From NCBI GenBank assembly GCA_964057225.1, contig OZ059897.1, positions 14,942,001-15,006,000 on the forward strand: a stretch of DNA of 64,000 nt, in the 5' to 3' direction. The stretch's first letter is position 1, and each line of letters begins with the position of its first letter. Made by a program: the position numbers and the translations under genes. Positions 24,576 through 37,543 of the stretch are shown in pieces. The notes beneath the pieces are model-generated. The model was not told the origin of the DNA. It was given only the letters and a program-made list of their open reading frames with translations, and ran no database searches. This stretch comes from Auanema rhodensis (lineage: Eukaryota > Animalia > Nematoda).

Positions 24576-27022
24576 TTACTGCCTATCGGAAACTCCTAGC
24601 ATTTCTTGCATTTTTTGCATTTGTGCATTTAATTGTTTATTTGAGATTTCTAATTGACGTACTCTCACTGAAAATTAATAAATATAAATTAAAAATTGTT
24701 TGTGTCATTGTTGCTAGGCTGGAAAAATCTTTAAAACTTACTTTTAAGCTGAGTATTCTCCGAGAAATATCCTTGACAACGTTGCTCTAATGTATCCATG
24801 TATTCTTTTCGTTTACGACGGGATTCTTGGGCCGACAACTTATTCTTTATTTTACGACGAACAATCTTCAGAGCTTCTTCTTCAGCTTTAGATAGAGGCA
24901 AACGTGTTGGAACTTGATAGCCTTCCTGGATCAACGTCCTCCGTTCTTCAGGTGACAACTGTACTAAGCCTTGACTACGTGGATCCTGAACATCATTTTC
25001 GTAATTCGATTGTTGGCAAAACGTTGTTGGGGCCGTTATCTGGAATTTCAGGTCAACAGCCGAAAGAATGAGGTAAAAGACGTATGTATACGTAAATGTC
25101 TTTTAAATAATTGAGTTGATGGCAGAATTATAATTAACTCATGAATAAGAATTATATGAATATAGGAAGGGGAAGGGGAATAGTTAAAAAAGAAAATTAT
25201 TTAAAATTATAATTTACAAACCTGGTCAGTTATCAGACGTTGTTTAACAGCCATTTCATGCATTTTACTCCGAGATTTCAATTGTTGTTGAGCAGCTTGA
25301 AGTCCATTAATCATTAAACCTATAATGATATAAGTATATTGTTTTTTTTATTAATTTCTTAAATTGTAATTTGATTTTTTTTAAAAATATACATAAGTTT
25401 AATCTAAATATGACGTCATTATATTGAATAGAATATGAATGAATTAAAGGATTTCTCATGTAGAATAGTTAATTCAATAGACAGATACAAGTAATAATCT
25501 GTTTCATTCATATTATAACTATTCATATATATATATATATATATAGACCTGGAGATAGATTGAAATTCATCATATATCTAATAGAAAGAGAAAAACATAC
25601 TATTTGGCATAACACTAAAGCCATTGTCATAATGCATATTGATCATAGTTGGCACATTATCAATTGGAGAACTTCGATCCGATGTTGGTGGAGAAGGTGA
25701 TCGTTCTTCTATAATATGAAAAATTTTAAAAAGTTGTATTAGCTTTGAAGTAAAAAAGATTTTCTATATTTTAGAAATATAATATACGATTATTTATTTA
25801 TTTATTCCTAATATTTTTATATTATATTATTTTCTTTTAATATGTTGCCTTTTCTAATAAATAAAGTTCCCTTATCATAGATAAATAATTATCATTTCTT
25901 TTGTGCGTCAATGAAAGAAGACTAGAAGAATAGTAAGCATATAAAAGGAAAAATAGGGAGGGAGGGGCTAACTTCAATGATTATTATAAGAGAGGGAAAG
26001 AGAGAGAAATAGAAAGTGATCCTCCATTTATAAGTAAAAAAGATAAGAAAAAAGAAAAACTAAACATAAAATATCTAGATTTCAGCTTGATATGTTACAG
26101 AGTAGAGAACGATTTCATTTCTGTTCTTCCTTGTTCATCACATCCCCCCCCCCTTTCAACTCCCTTTTTATCATTATTGTCTCTTTATAAATTTTGATTT
26201 TAGATCAAAATTGGTATAAACATGTATAATTAACCACAAAAGAGAGGTAAAATTCGGCATGTTGTAAGTACATAATGAACAAATATACTTACCATCAAAT
26301 AAAGATATTCCGTCATGACCGAGAATACAATTCGTTCCAAGTGGGCTATGATGCATGAGCTGAAAGAAACAGTGTGATAAGTTATCAAAAGATAAATACT
26401 AAAAGGTGAAGATATAAAGATAATTAAAGTTTTCGAAAAAACCAATGACTTACTCGTTGATTTTGATTTTGTTGGGAGAAATGACTAACAGGTGGTAATG
26501 GGCTAGTTTGTGGAGCACCATTCATACAAGATGGAAAAGTCATGCCAAATGGGCTTCTAAAAGTAAAATTATATAAAATATATTTGGTTTTCTAGTAGAA
26601 TTTATCACGTTTTCAGCAAAATTTTACAATATTTTGAACTTTAATCCAAATATTAATATGAAACTTTCTCTCATCAAAACAATCATTGACCCCTTCACGG
26701 TCGTCGTCGTTTTTTCAAAAATCAGATATCTAACGATTTTCTGGCGATTTCGATTGCTAATTCGCTTTCAATATTCGACTAGTTATGTAACTATATGAGA
26801 AGTTTTCAGAACGGAACATAATCTTCTACGATCCCTATCCTCCCTATATCGTCAGTCATTTCTTTCTATTGGATAAATATAGAAAAAAGAAGAAACTCTA
26901 CATGATTGCATCGAAATATTAGATCTCTTTTTATTTTTTTTATTTTTATTAAACTTTCAATTTATAAATATTATGTTCTCATCACTTATTACTTCAAAAA
27001 TCATATTCTTCATATCTCTTCA

Positions 27023-27070
<48 letters not shown>

Positions 27071-27740
27071 ATCATCAATTATGGCTGATCTTTGCTCAAA
27101 ATCACTACTAACTTGATGTATTATATAGTAAAATATTTTATATAATAGATTAGTATATTATGAAAACTATTTTCAAATAATAAAGCTAATCATTATATTT
27201 TTTTCATATAATTAAATAATTGTTTCTTTTCTTTTAAAATAAAAAAATATAAGCTAACCCGCTTGAACTTGCAGGACTATGAAGAAATCCATTCGGTTGA
27301 GAGAAAGGTGTTCCAAAGGACAAATCAACTCCGAGATGATCCACCTTCATATCCGGAGACGATAACGAAGAGGATGGTGATCCGGATGAAGAACCGTGAT
27401 AATCTGAAAAATGAAAATTTCAAAATACGTTGTTTCTTTGTTTATTTTGAATAATATCCAGCATTTTTACTAAATAATACCATTATTATCGTAATTCATT
27501 GTTCTTTTTTTTTTCTCCAAAGTTCATTAACACTACAAAAATATCAAGAAATTTGAAAAAAAAATCATTTGTTCCCTTTAGATTTTAATGACCTTCGAAG
27601 TTGATTCAATGACCCGGGAAGTGTTTCTCGAGGTTTATGAGGAAAAATAGAATCTATATAGATAGTTACAGAACTTCTACTATCTGTATTCTTCCATCAG
27701 TTGGTAAGCGATCGACATATATCTCTACTTTGAACTTTTT

Positions 27741-27784
<44 letters not shown>

Positions 27785-30700
27785 TACGTAAACAAAATAT
27801 AGCAGAAAATAATAAAAAAGTGAAATGTGCACATCAGAGACAGAAAAAGCATGAATATGAGATAACGAAAGAAATTGAGAGGAAACAAATGAAAGAAAAA
27901 CGTTATTGAGTGAATGAATAAATACAAATTATATTTCTTATATAATTCTTTTTCACTCTTTTTTTATTTTCAAAAAACACTTAGAGATGGAATACAGTTT
28001 TCATCCGTTACTGAGCTGAGTTTTGTGCTCTTATTGTGACTTAGCACAACAAAATAAAGCATAGAACTGAATATCATAGCTAAATTTCATCGGGGTTGAA
28101 CAAGTCGGAAGATCATCAGCAGTTTCCATTTTTAGGTCAAACCAGGTACTCTCATGTTTTGTTGAACTAAAGAAGTAGATAAACAGCCAGAAGATCAACA
28201 TGTACTCATCATATTCGAATTACAACTTTAGCTTTTAGATAACAGAAACATGTTTAAATTTTCATTTGACCAGCAGCTAATTTCATTTGAAATCTTTTTA
28301 GTGTATTTTGAAATGAAGAAAGCTTCAGTAAAAATCTATATTATTTAAACAAATTCACAAAAAGCTAGTGAGTGAATGAATGCGAATGAAGTCTATAAGA
28401 ATACCTTTACTCATATAAAATTCGTTCATGGTTCACATGTACTTCAAGGCAAATCAAAGGCGTGACTTTGTATTTTGTAAAGTATTTAATCAAAAGATAT
28501 ATTCAAAACTCTCTGTATATAACTATATATATATATTCTTATTTATAAAATATTCTAATAATTTTCAAAATTAAAATAATTTTTGGTAATTATTTGAATA
28601 AAGTTTTTAAAACTTTATAACTATATTTGTAATTGCTTAACCATAAAGATGTAATCACAGAGCAAACTGTAATAGCAATATTTCATAAAATCACACTTCA
28701 GCAACATTTTTTCTATTGAAGCTTCTTGCATTTCAAATTGCCTGTTTAATACAAGACACCACCCATTTCACGAGTATAGAAGATCATTCCTCTACAAGAG
28801 AGACGGAAAAGAAAATAAGTACTAAGTTCTGAAAGCGATTGATAAGCTAGTTTGAGAATTCTTATCTATAACAAGATCTTTAATATCACAAAGTTAAAAC
28901 TGTTCTGATTATTTTTGAGAGCACAAATCTTTTGCATTCTCTTTCTTTTGCCTATCTTGATACTTGATTAAGGTCATAAGTATAGACAAACGATGTAAAA
29001 GCACACGAGAGGGAATGACAAACAGATAATGTAGAAACGGCACTGCCAAAAAAGACAGTTATATCTGAATCATGCTACTTCTCTTTCCTTTCATTTTACT
29101 TTCTAATCAATCATATTCCATGTGATCTGTGCAATCTGATTAGAAAAATCAAATCGGCACCACACATCAGGCAAACCTCCAAACTGTTTTGTCAATTAAC
29201 CTGGCAAAGGCTTGACTTACTTTACCTAATCGTAATACTCAGCTGTTATGATACCATTCTATCGTTAATCTCTATTGCTTCTCTTCATTTGTATATAATT
29301 TTTTTGAAATTTTTTGTAATTTATCTCGTCTGGATTGTATACATCTACGTGCCGGAAATACAATAGGAACCAGACAAGTGATAGAAAGAATAAGATCGGA
29401 TAAACGAGGGAAAATCAAAGCTAGACAGTATGTGAGGATTGGATAGCAAAGAGATAATCATTTGTAATTTTATATACTTATACAAACAAAGGCTTCTCAC
29501 TAAACATGTTGCTCTGATTAAATAAAAATAATAAAATGAGAACAATTGGAATATAATAATGAAACTATCGGAAGACAGAACAGGTGCACAAGCTGATCAT
29601 AATGCTGATCATTCAATTTTTTCATGTGTTAACGCATTAACAGCCATGTGAATTTTGAATGAAGAGGATGATGATATTCATTATTATGTTTTCTTTGTAT
29701 ACATTAACAGCTGTTATAGCTTATATATTTCTTGTCTAACGAATAATGGTTGAACGAAGGCAGCTACCATCAAGAGTGAGTAGCTTGATAGAGTTGCAAA
29801 AGCTTCGCAACCTTTGCACCCAATAACAATGGAAGAGCAATGCAGGAAAAAGAAGGAAATTTAAAATAGAATGAGAAAAGAAGAGAGGAATAAGAAAAAT
29901 TTATAGATGAAAAGAGTGAAAATTAGAAGAGACAATAGAGAAAACAATCAAATGACGAGAAAAGACCAAAAAAGATAACAAGGTGAAACTCTAGATTATT
30001 TTTTTTTCCAAAAAAAATGAAGAAAACATTAGGTTTGGGTAACAAGAATATTTGAATAAATTAAATACTATAATACAAATGATTGAAAATGAGCTATCAA
30101 TGTAATATAAAGAAAAAATTCGAATGGTAAATCATATTTGATACTCCGAAAACGAGAATAACCGGTCACTAATTACGGTTTTGCCTCTCAACCTAATATA
30201 ACTCTCAACTATATCTAGAAAAGAGGAGCAGAAACAAGTAGATTGTAACTAGTTTAATGTAATATGTGTTATATATAAATCGTGATGATGTAGTTAGTGA
30301 AAAATTTAAAATTTGGAGAAAAAATAGAAATAAAACTCATGTAAACTTTAATGAAACTACTTTTAAACTTTCTCCCTAATCGACATATGGTATTTAGGAA
30401 AAAACAGACAATCTCACATATTTCCGAAAAATAGTTTTACTTACCAGGAAAATTGTTCATCTGAGAGCATTGTATAGCTTCAGAAGGACGGTAACCGTAT
30501 CGGAATGGCCCATTGGCTATCGGTCCTACAGCTGCTGGAGCTGAAGCTGATGCAATGTGAATAGCAGCCGATGAAGGAATAACTTGGCTTTCCATTGAGA
30601 ATCAGTTAGAAATCGGACAAGAACTGTTAACAAGGTGATTTTCTGAAGCTAGATTTTCAAACTTTCACAGCTCTAAAGATCTACGAAGAAGCTTTCGTAA

Positions 30701-32597
30701 AATGATTTTAGATCTCAAACGTCTGAGCAGATCTCGATTCTCAAGTCAGTTCTGACACAACTCGGAATGTTACTTTCCAAGTCTTGGGGCAGTTGCCTGA
30801 CTGTGAACCGGACCCTCTGAGCACTATCAGTAGTTCTTCATACATCAGCTCTTATCGGCAGTTCGATGACAACTTCCATAAGTAAGAGGAGCAGAAAAGC
30901 AGAGATTGAAAAGGTAAGATAGTTTGAGGGAATGAAGAAGAGATAAAAAGAAAATGAGTATAAGAAATAGAAGAGAAAGCCTTTGCCACTAATGGAAAGA
31001 CAGAATTAGCAAAATCGCGAAACTACACATAACAGAAGCATTCAAACAGTAGCTGAGGGAACCTGAGATATAAATTTGTAAATTTTTAAAGTATATGAAT
31101 GTTTTTGAATTTAAAATGAAACAACAAATGCTTAAATCAATGAAATATATGAAACATTTTAATTGTTTCTTCCAGAAAAAAATTATATCTCTTTCACAAT
31201 ACAAGATAGATAGAAAGAGTAAGCGAACAGTGCGAGAAATAGTGCGAGAGAGAACACAGGCAATAGCTACTGTTCCTCTGCTGGACCATAGAACGAACGT
31301 CATTACTTCTAATATGAAAGCTTAAACCATAATGATATTCAAACAGAAATATTAGTTCAATGTTCATTGATTTGAAACTTCTTAAATTCTCTTTGTTTTC
31401 ATCCTCAATTTCTCCTCCCGTGGTCAAGAGTATGGAGAAAGATATGCAAAACTGATAACACAAGCTGTCAACAATAAGAATTGATTTAACCATTTGCAAA
31501 CAAAATTCAAAAACTGCCCTTATGCTGTACTACTAATACAGCCTTCAACAGCTGGACATCTTGTCTCATTATTCTAACAGTTTTTTTTGAGAATACTATA
31601 TGTCATCGTTGAATGCTTATTTCAAGTATGTTGAATATAGCAAAGCTTAGTCTTATTACTCTTTTTTTCCAAGAAGAAAAGCAGAAATTACATAAATCTA
31701 TAAGGTAGGTTGCTTAGCAGCAACCAAGTTCATAAATACGTAATTACCAATGGTTCTTCATATGAAAAAATCCTTTTAATTATATTTTCATTATTTTTAA
31801 AAAAAAAACACATTTGTTTTGTTAATATATGTGTAAATCGTGATGGAATAACTTAAGAATGAGCTTTATCCTAATCGTTCATTGACTTACAAATCAATGA
31901 AAAACTCGATTGAAAGTTTTGATCGTTTACACATGCGCACATAGGGCACATATTACATACACACATACACATACTGACACCGAGGTCCTGTGGATGAATC
32001 GATAATACAAAAATTGCTAAGAAAATTTAATAATATTAGAAAGAATATGATATATATATATAGTCATGTTTAGTAAATCTTAAGACACTTAAATTGAAGT
32101 GAGTTCAGTAACTTCAACTAAGCCATAAAAAAATCCGTCAGAAAACTTTAATCAATGTTTCAGCTCAAAAACGGATTTTTTTAAAAATAAAATTTGCAAA
32201 AAGGGAACATCTATTATCAATTTTTTTATTTTTTTTTTTTTGGACTTCCAAAAAGTGTCCAAGGTTTAGCGAACACGACTGCATATATGTATATACAAAC
32301 ATATAAATATATTTTTATATATTTATTTGTATGCACTCATATATAGCAATTGTCTTGATATCTTGTATGACTCAACTCAAACGAGAGATTTTTTTGTTTC
32401 GCAGTGTTATTATTACCAAAAGAAAGTAAGAAAAGTAGAAAAGATAACCTACCACTATCTTCTTGTGGCTCAGCTTTGATATTTGTTAGATAAGGTGGAT
32501 CCAGTGCTGTAAGTTGAAAATCATCATTCAAAGGCATCGCCGATGAGAACAGCGAGCAATCCTTATTCAGGATCGGAGCCCACTCGTCTTCCATCAT
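24576..32597 (-). CDS. crh-2: CrebA/CREB3L1-2-type bZIP transcription factor without a transmembrane domain
   Basis: Phase-consistent exons: 32597-32453, 27403-27259, ~26556-26454, ~26359-26293, ~25708-25601, ~25318-25222, 24985-~24742, ~24667-24576. ATB+bZIP motif [53 protein letters not shown]. Stop follows soon after the zipper. Confidence 0.85.
27025..27067. repeat. (TC)n microsatellite (intronic)
   Basis: About 21 TC units. Confidence 0.95.
27746..27780. repeat. (TC)n microsatellite (intronic)
   Basis: About 17 TC units. Confidence 0.95.
30445..30595 (-). CDS. crh-2: Alternative first coding exon of the bZIP gene
   Basis: ATG-initiated open 50 codons ([50 protein letters not shown]) ending at a strong G|GTAAGT phase-1 donor, compatible with the 27403 acceptor. 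Confidence 0.7.
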
Positions 32598-35500
32598 TTG
32601 GTTGTCACCTAGAATAAAATATATTTATGAAATTTGTGTAAAATTTGAAAATGAAATGTTTGTTAGAGTAGATACAATAGCATAAAATAGGAGAACCAAT
32701 GTTTTGTTGTACTTTCAATATTAAAAGAATTGGTTAAAGATTCATATGTAGAAAATAGATTATAATCAAAATTATAAATTGTAAATAAATAAATGAAAGC
32801 ACTTCTAACTCTTAAAAATTCAAAATATGTGAATAGGGAATATAAGTTATTCAGGATAGAAAAAGAAATGTTCAGGTACGACAGAACAAAATGAAAATTT
32901 GAAAAAAAAAGAAAATCTAAATAATAACAAAGAGATACAATAAACTATTATTATAACATCCTGATATACGTGTTAGTCTTATCTTCTTTCAACAAGAGTA
33001 ATCGGTAATCCGTAGTTTTTATTAAAATAGCGTATTTCAAATTTACCAAGAAGTTGGAAGTAGTTGGTCGCGAAGAAGAAAGGATGCTGATTCAGAATTT
33101 CAAACGGCGACATACTCAGAAGATTGCTAACTTTTTTTATAAAGAAAAGAGCTTCCGCATTATTTTAAATATTTCTTCTAATACAGAATTTATGATAAGT
33201 CACAATCGTATTAGTAGGAAAATATAGCAATTATTTGAAAAATTTAAAGAATACTCTTATAAGTATTCTTTTTTTGGACAAAAAAGGAAAAATAGATATA
33301 ATAGGCAAATTATTTATATGAAAAGTGTTAAGAGGAAGTAATAGGAAATTTTATACTAAGAAGTTTTGTTTGGAGATGTATAGCTTTCCACTCAGCTCCA
33401 AAATGATGGAGCTGTTCCATTGCGCTGAGTGCCTGTTGCCGGTTGGTAGGCGGGACCCTAATATGGTGAAAGAGACGAAAAAGAAAACGGCAGGAAGCCC
33501 AAAGGAAATATAGTAATAAAACAGAGAAATTGAAACATAGAATAAAAATGAAACAGAGATCGGGAAACGATATAGATATAGAGAAATAGAGAAATATGGG
33601 ATTAAGTAGATAACTAGATAGCAGACGAGCAGTATTTAGGCTAGGGCACAAAATCACAGGTCCGCCTCGCTTCAACCAGCTGAATAAAGATACGTTAGGA
33701 TCGGTAGGGATAGAGAGATCGAAACTACCATATTTTGTCAAATAGTGGCCAAATAGAAGGTTCGAACGAAGGGAAAACGGTTAGATGGTAGAAGCAGTTG
33801 AAAAGTAAGTCGTAGAGAAATGAAATATTCTTTAAGCATCATCTAGCATTCAAGAGAAAAATATACTCTAAACTAAGAACAAAAACTCAAATCAAACCAA
33901 AGGTACATTTGACCTCTTGAGTATATCAATATCAGTAACAGTAAAATTCATAGAAGGTTAAAGATTGATAAGAAACTAAGTAAAAGTACTTTGTAAAAGG
34001 GTAGAAAGACAAGTATAGAAATAAGATTATTCTTTTTTTGCTTAGATCTATGAGCATTATAGTGGATGATTGTATGTGTGTGAACTAGTATATGTCCATG
34101 ATAGCTATTATATGGTCTGAACAGATGCCATAACACATGAGAAAAAACGGAGAAAACCAAATATAAAATAGATTTTTTCATCTAATGATATAAGAAGTCG
34201 AACAATAGTTTCCATCAAAGAGGTTGATATGTAATAGATTATACAGAACAGATGAAAAAAGTGAGCAATTGAATGAAAAGAAAAATGAAAAAACTCGGTG
34301 AGAAATTCATTCAGATTTCTGAATGCCAAAAACAAAATAGTTGATAAGTCAAATAAAAAAATTTTATAAATGAGGGAGAAAGCGTGTTCAAAGTGAAAGA
34401 CAATCTGAGTACGATATGTTAGAGGATTTGTTTATTTATGGCTAGATGAAACAAAAAAAGGTGAAAACATCTGAGCTAATATTAAGCTGATAGAATACTT
34501 TGGCCAGTAGGGTACAAAGCTTTTTTTTTACTATTTGAATATATCTAGTTGGCTCTCAAATATCCTATTTAGCGCTCTACGATTCAAAAAATCGGGAGAA
34601 ACCCCTCGGAAAATGATCAAGAACCACACACAGTGCATTCAAACATATTGAGTTCATTGGGGGAATCATGACAGAAGAAGCATGTCAATCCAGCTTAAAG
34701 AGGTGGATACATGAAAATACATAACTAACAACAGCGAATGAAGTAGAAGAATGGGGATATAAATATATTATAATATCACTCTGTGATAGTATGTACATGA
34801 TAAAGACGTTATAAGGGAAGATATTCACTTATTCTAGTTGTCATGTCAAAATTGTTAGTCATATTCTTGATAAAATGTTTGCATAGGGCGGTTATCGTAT
34901 AAGCTTGACGAGTACTAACTGATAAAAGAAAGCCAAATTACAGCGTTCTATTCCAAAACAAGAAGAAAAAAGAGAGACAAAGTAACAAAAGGAGATTGCA
35001 GAGAAATAGAGCAAAGGTGCAAGAGAAATGAAAAAGTAGCGATGATATGAGAGATCCAACTATATGGAAAAGTTGAACAAAGTAGGGAAAATGTAGAGCT
35101 GCTGGTTATTCACTCCTACATACCTTGCATAATGGCTCTCTATCGATCACATACAAACATAGTTACAAAAGGTTTTGTTGATCTAAAGCACGGTTACATA
35201 CGTAAATCTCTCAATTTTCATTATGAATTTACTTGTTAAACAATATTATACATAATGGTAGTGGTTTAATATATCACGGAAAAAAGATTGATTAAGTTGA
35301 GCAGTAATCTAGATGTACTAGGAAGCTAAAAGAGAGCGAATAGTGAGACATAGCAAGAGAGATTGGCAACCTACTAGAGCAGTGAATAACAGATCCATTG
35401 CTCAAAACTGTTGAACCTTAACATAAACATAAAGAAAGATTGTATAGTTAATGTAAACTATAACGACACAAGTTGTGGGCAAGTTCAATTCTTTCGAAAG

Positions 35501-37543
35501 GAGCTATGCATATGCTCGCCAGAGAAATATTGTTGAAATGGATGATTGATAATATTTCTCAACTGTTTTTTTTAGAAAAAAAACGGAGTGGGACGATTAA
35601 AGAAAACATTCAAGACCAAACGTGAGGTAATGGGAGGTGAGCCCTAAGCGGGATAACATGCATGTAAAGAAGGTCAATCTGTAAGTCACTTCATATCTTA
35701 CTGAACAATCTGATGTTCATCTACATTTGGTCCTTCCGCGACCCCGAATCAGCACACGAAGACTGTCGTATCAGATACGCGGTTCTCTAAAGTTTAGAAG
35801 TTGTTTCTAAGTGGGCCGCTTCTCTGTCTGAATAGTGTATCAAGAAAAACGATCAGGCTATGACAATTCACGATCAACAGCAACAGCATAAGAGGGAAAG
35901 ACGAAGAAGTTCGATGAGACTTATCGTGCCTAACATTCGAAAAAAAATGAGACCGAAAGGACAATTACGGCAGATAGCAGGACAGTAATGCATAAGAGCA
36001 TCACTGAAACGGGAATGAAGATGCGAATTCTGAATACAATGTATAACTAATTTTGATGTATATTCATGAATATCAAAAAAATATCAACAATCTCATAAAG
36101 TAACCATTTGCCCTTTAGCCCCATGACTATGATCACACCTGATAAATGGCAGGCTGTGAAGGATAAATGCGCATCTAGGAGTGTCAGAAGAATTGATGAC
36201 AACCATTAAAGGGTCATATAAGGGGCATAATCCATAAAATAGATGATGATCGAATAAACAAAATCAAATATAGACAACAAGGCTGAGAGATCTGAGGGAT
36301 TGCAAGCAAATATGGTCAGGTGGATAAAACAATTGAAACAATACCGACCAGTTACAATAGCATAGCTTATAGAATAAAATAAGTAAAGCTAATAAAGATA
36401 AATAGCGAATATTGCATGTAAACATCAATACATTAGCATTATCATTGACAAAAGAAAAACTATTAATATAAGGGCTAGAAGTCATTAACAAATGGAAACA
36501 AAAAATTAAACAAATTGAAAACACTTATAAACAATTTGGCTACGCGCCAAAATGGCGGTTGTCATTCAAAGCAAAGAATGAATTCTCTATGATCGTTTCA
36601 ATCATTAGCATAACCCATGATCAAATTGTAAACAAACTATGCAAATATCATGCTCATGATCAGTCAAGCTGGTAAGCGCAGCATAAGTTCAATTTAGTTT
36701 TGCTAACGGTGGTTATTGTATTTACTATGATATTTAATTGAGAAACGCTTATTAATATGATTCTATCAAATGAATAAAGAACATACTAGCAACCGCAGCT
36801 ATTAAGAAAAGGGAAAATTATTAAATTACTGACATATCTATTAAATTGGTCTTTATAAGCAAAAATATTAATATTGAGAATGAACGATACAATTTTCACA
36901 GAAAGCAACTAGCGCCAACTGATTGTTGGTAAAAATTAAAACACCAGCCTTCCACGGCAAAATAGGTACAACCATTCGTAATGAGCAGGTGATCTGCTCT
37001 CAATTATGTTTACCTCATTTTAAAACGAAAGCATTTTAAAGAAACATGTCTTAGTCTTCAAATCTTGCATGAAGTACCAGACCTGTGAGATCTTTTTAAT
37101 GAAGGATCTTCAATTAGGAAGTGAAGAATCGCAGCTACTTGACCTCAGTCATTGAACGACCTTGTTGCCAAAACCTTGGAAGTAAATGATTCAACAGCAT
37201 TAATGATTACAAATATCAGTTCGTTTGTTTTTTTAATAAAAAATTAATCGTAGTACATAACAAAATATAGATATTCTTTCCAACTACACAAACCTAATAA
37301 GTATTAAACATTTATGCAATGCACATCCATTTACAACAAGTAGACCCGTTATCACTCAATTCAGATAAATTTTGGAAAGATTATTAATTCAACTTAAAAC
37401 AATAACATGAGATCGAGGTGTACCACCAAAAATATAAAATACACGTAGACGAGCTGAGTATGATTCGATGTCACAACAAGTGCGGGTTAAATAAATTATA
37501 AGATGTGACTGTTTAAAAAATCATAACAACGGTTTTAAAAAGA

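Noticed and set aside
35930-36001. 23-codon hydrophobic micro-ORF (- strand) after TTTCAG
   Set aside because: T-rich sequence readily yields such ORFs; no other support.
33325-36524. Assorted short ORFs upstream of crh-2, and antisense ORFs within trr-1
   Set aside because: Low-complexity or shadow frames without splice-consistent structure or recognisable domains.
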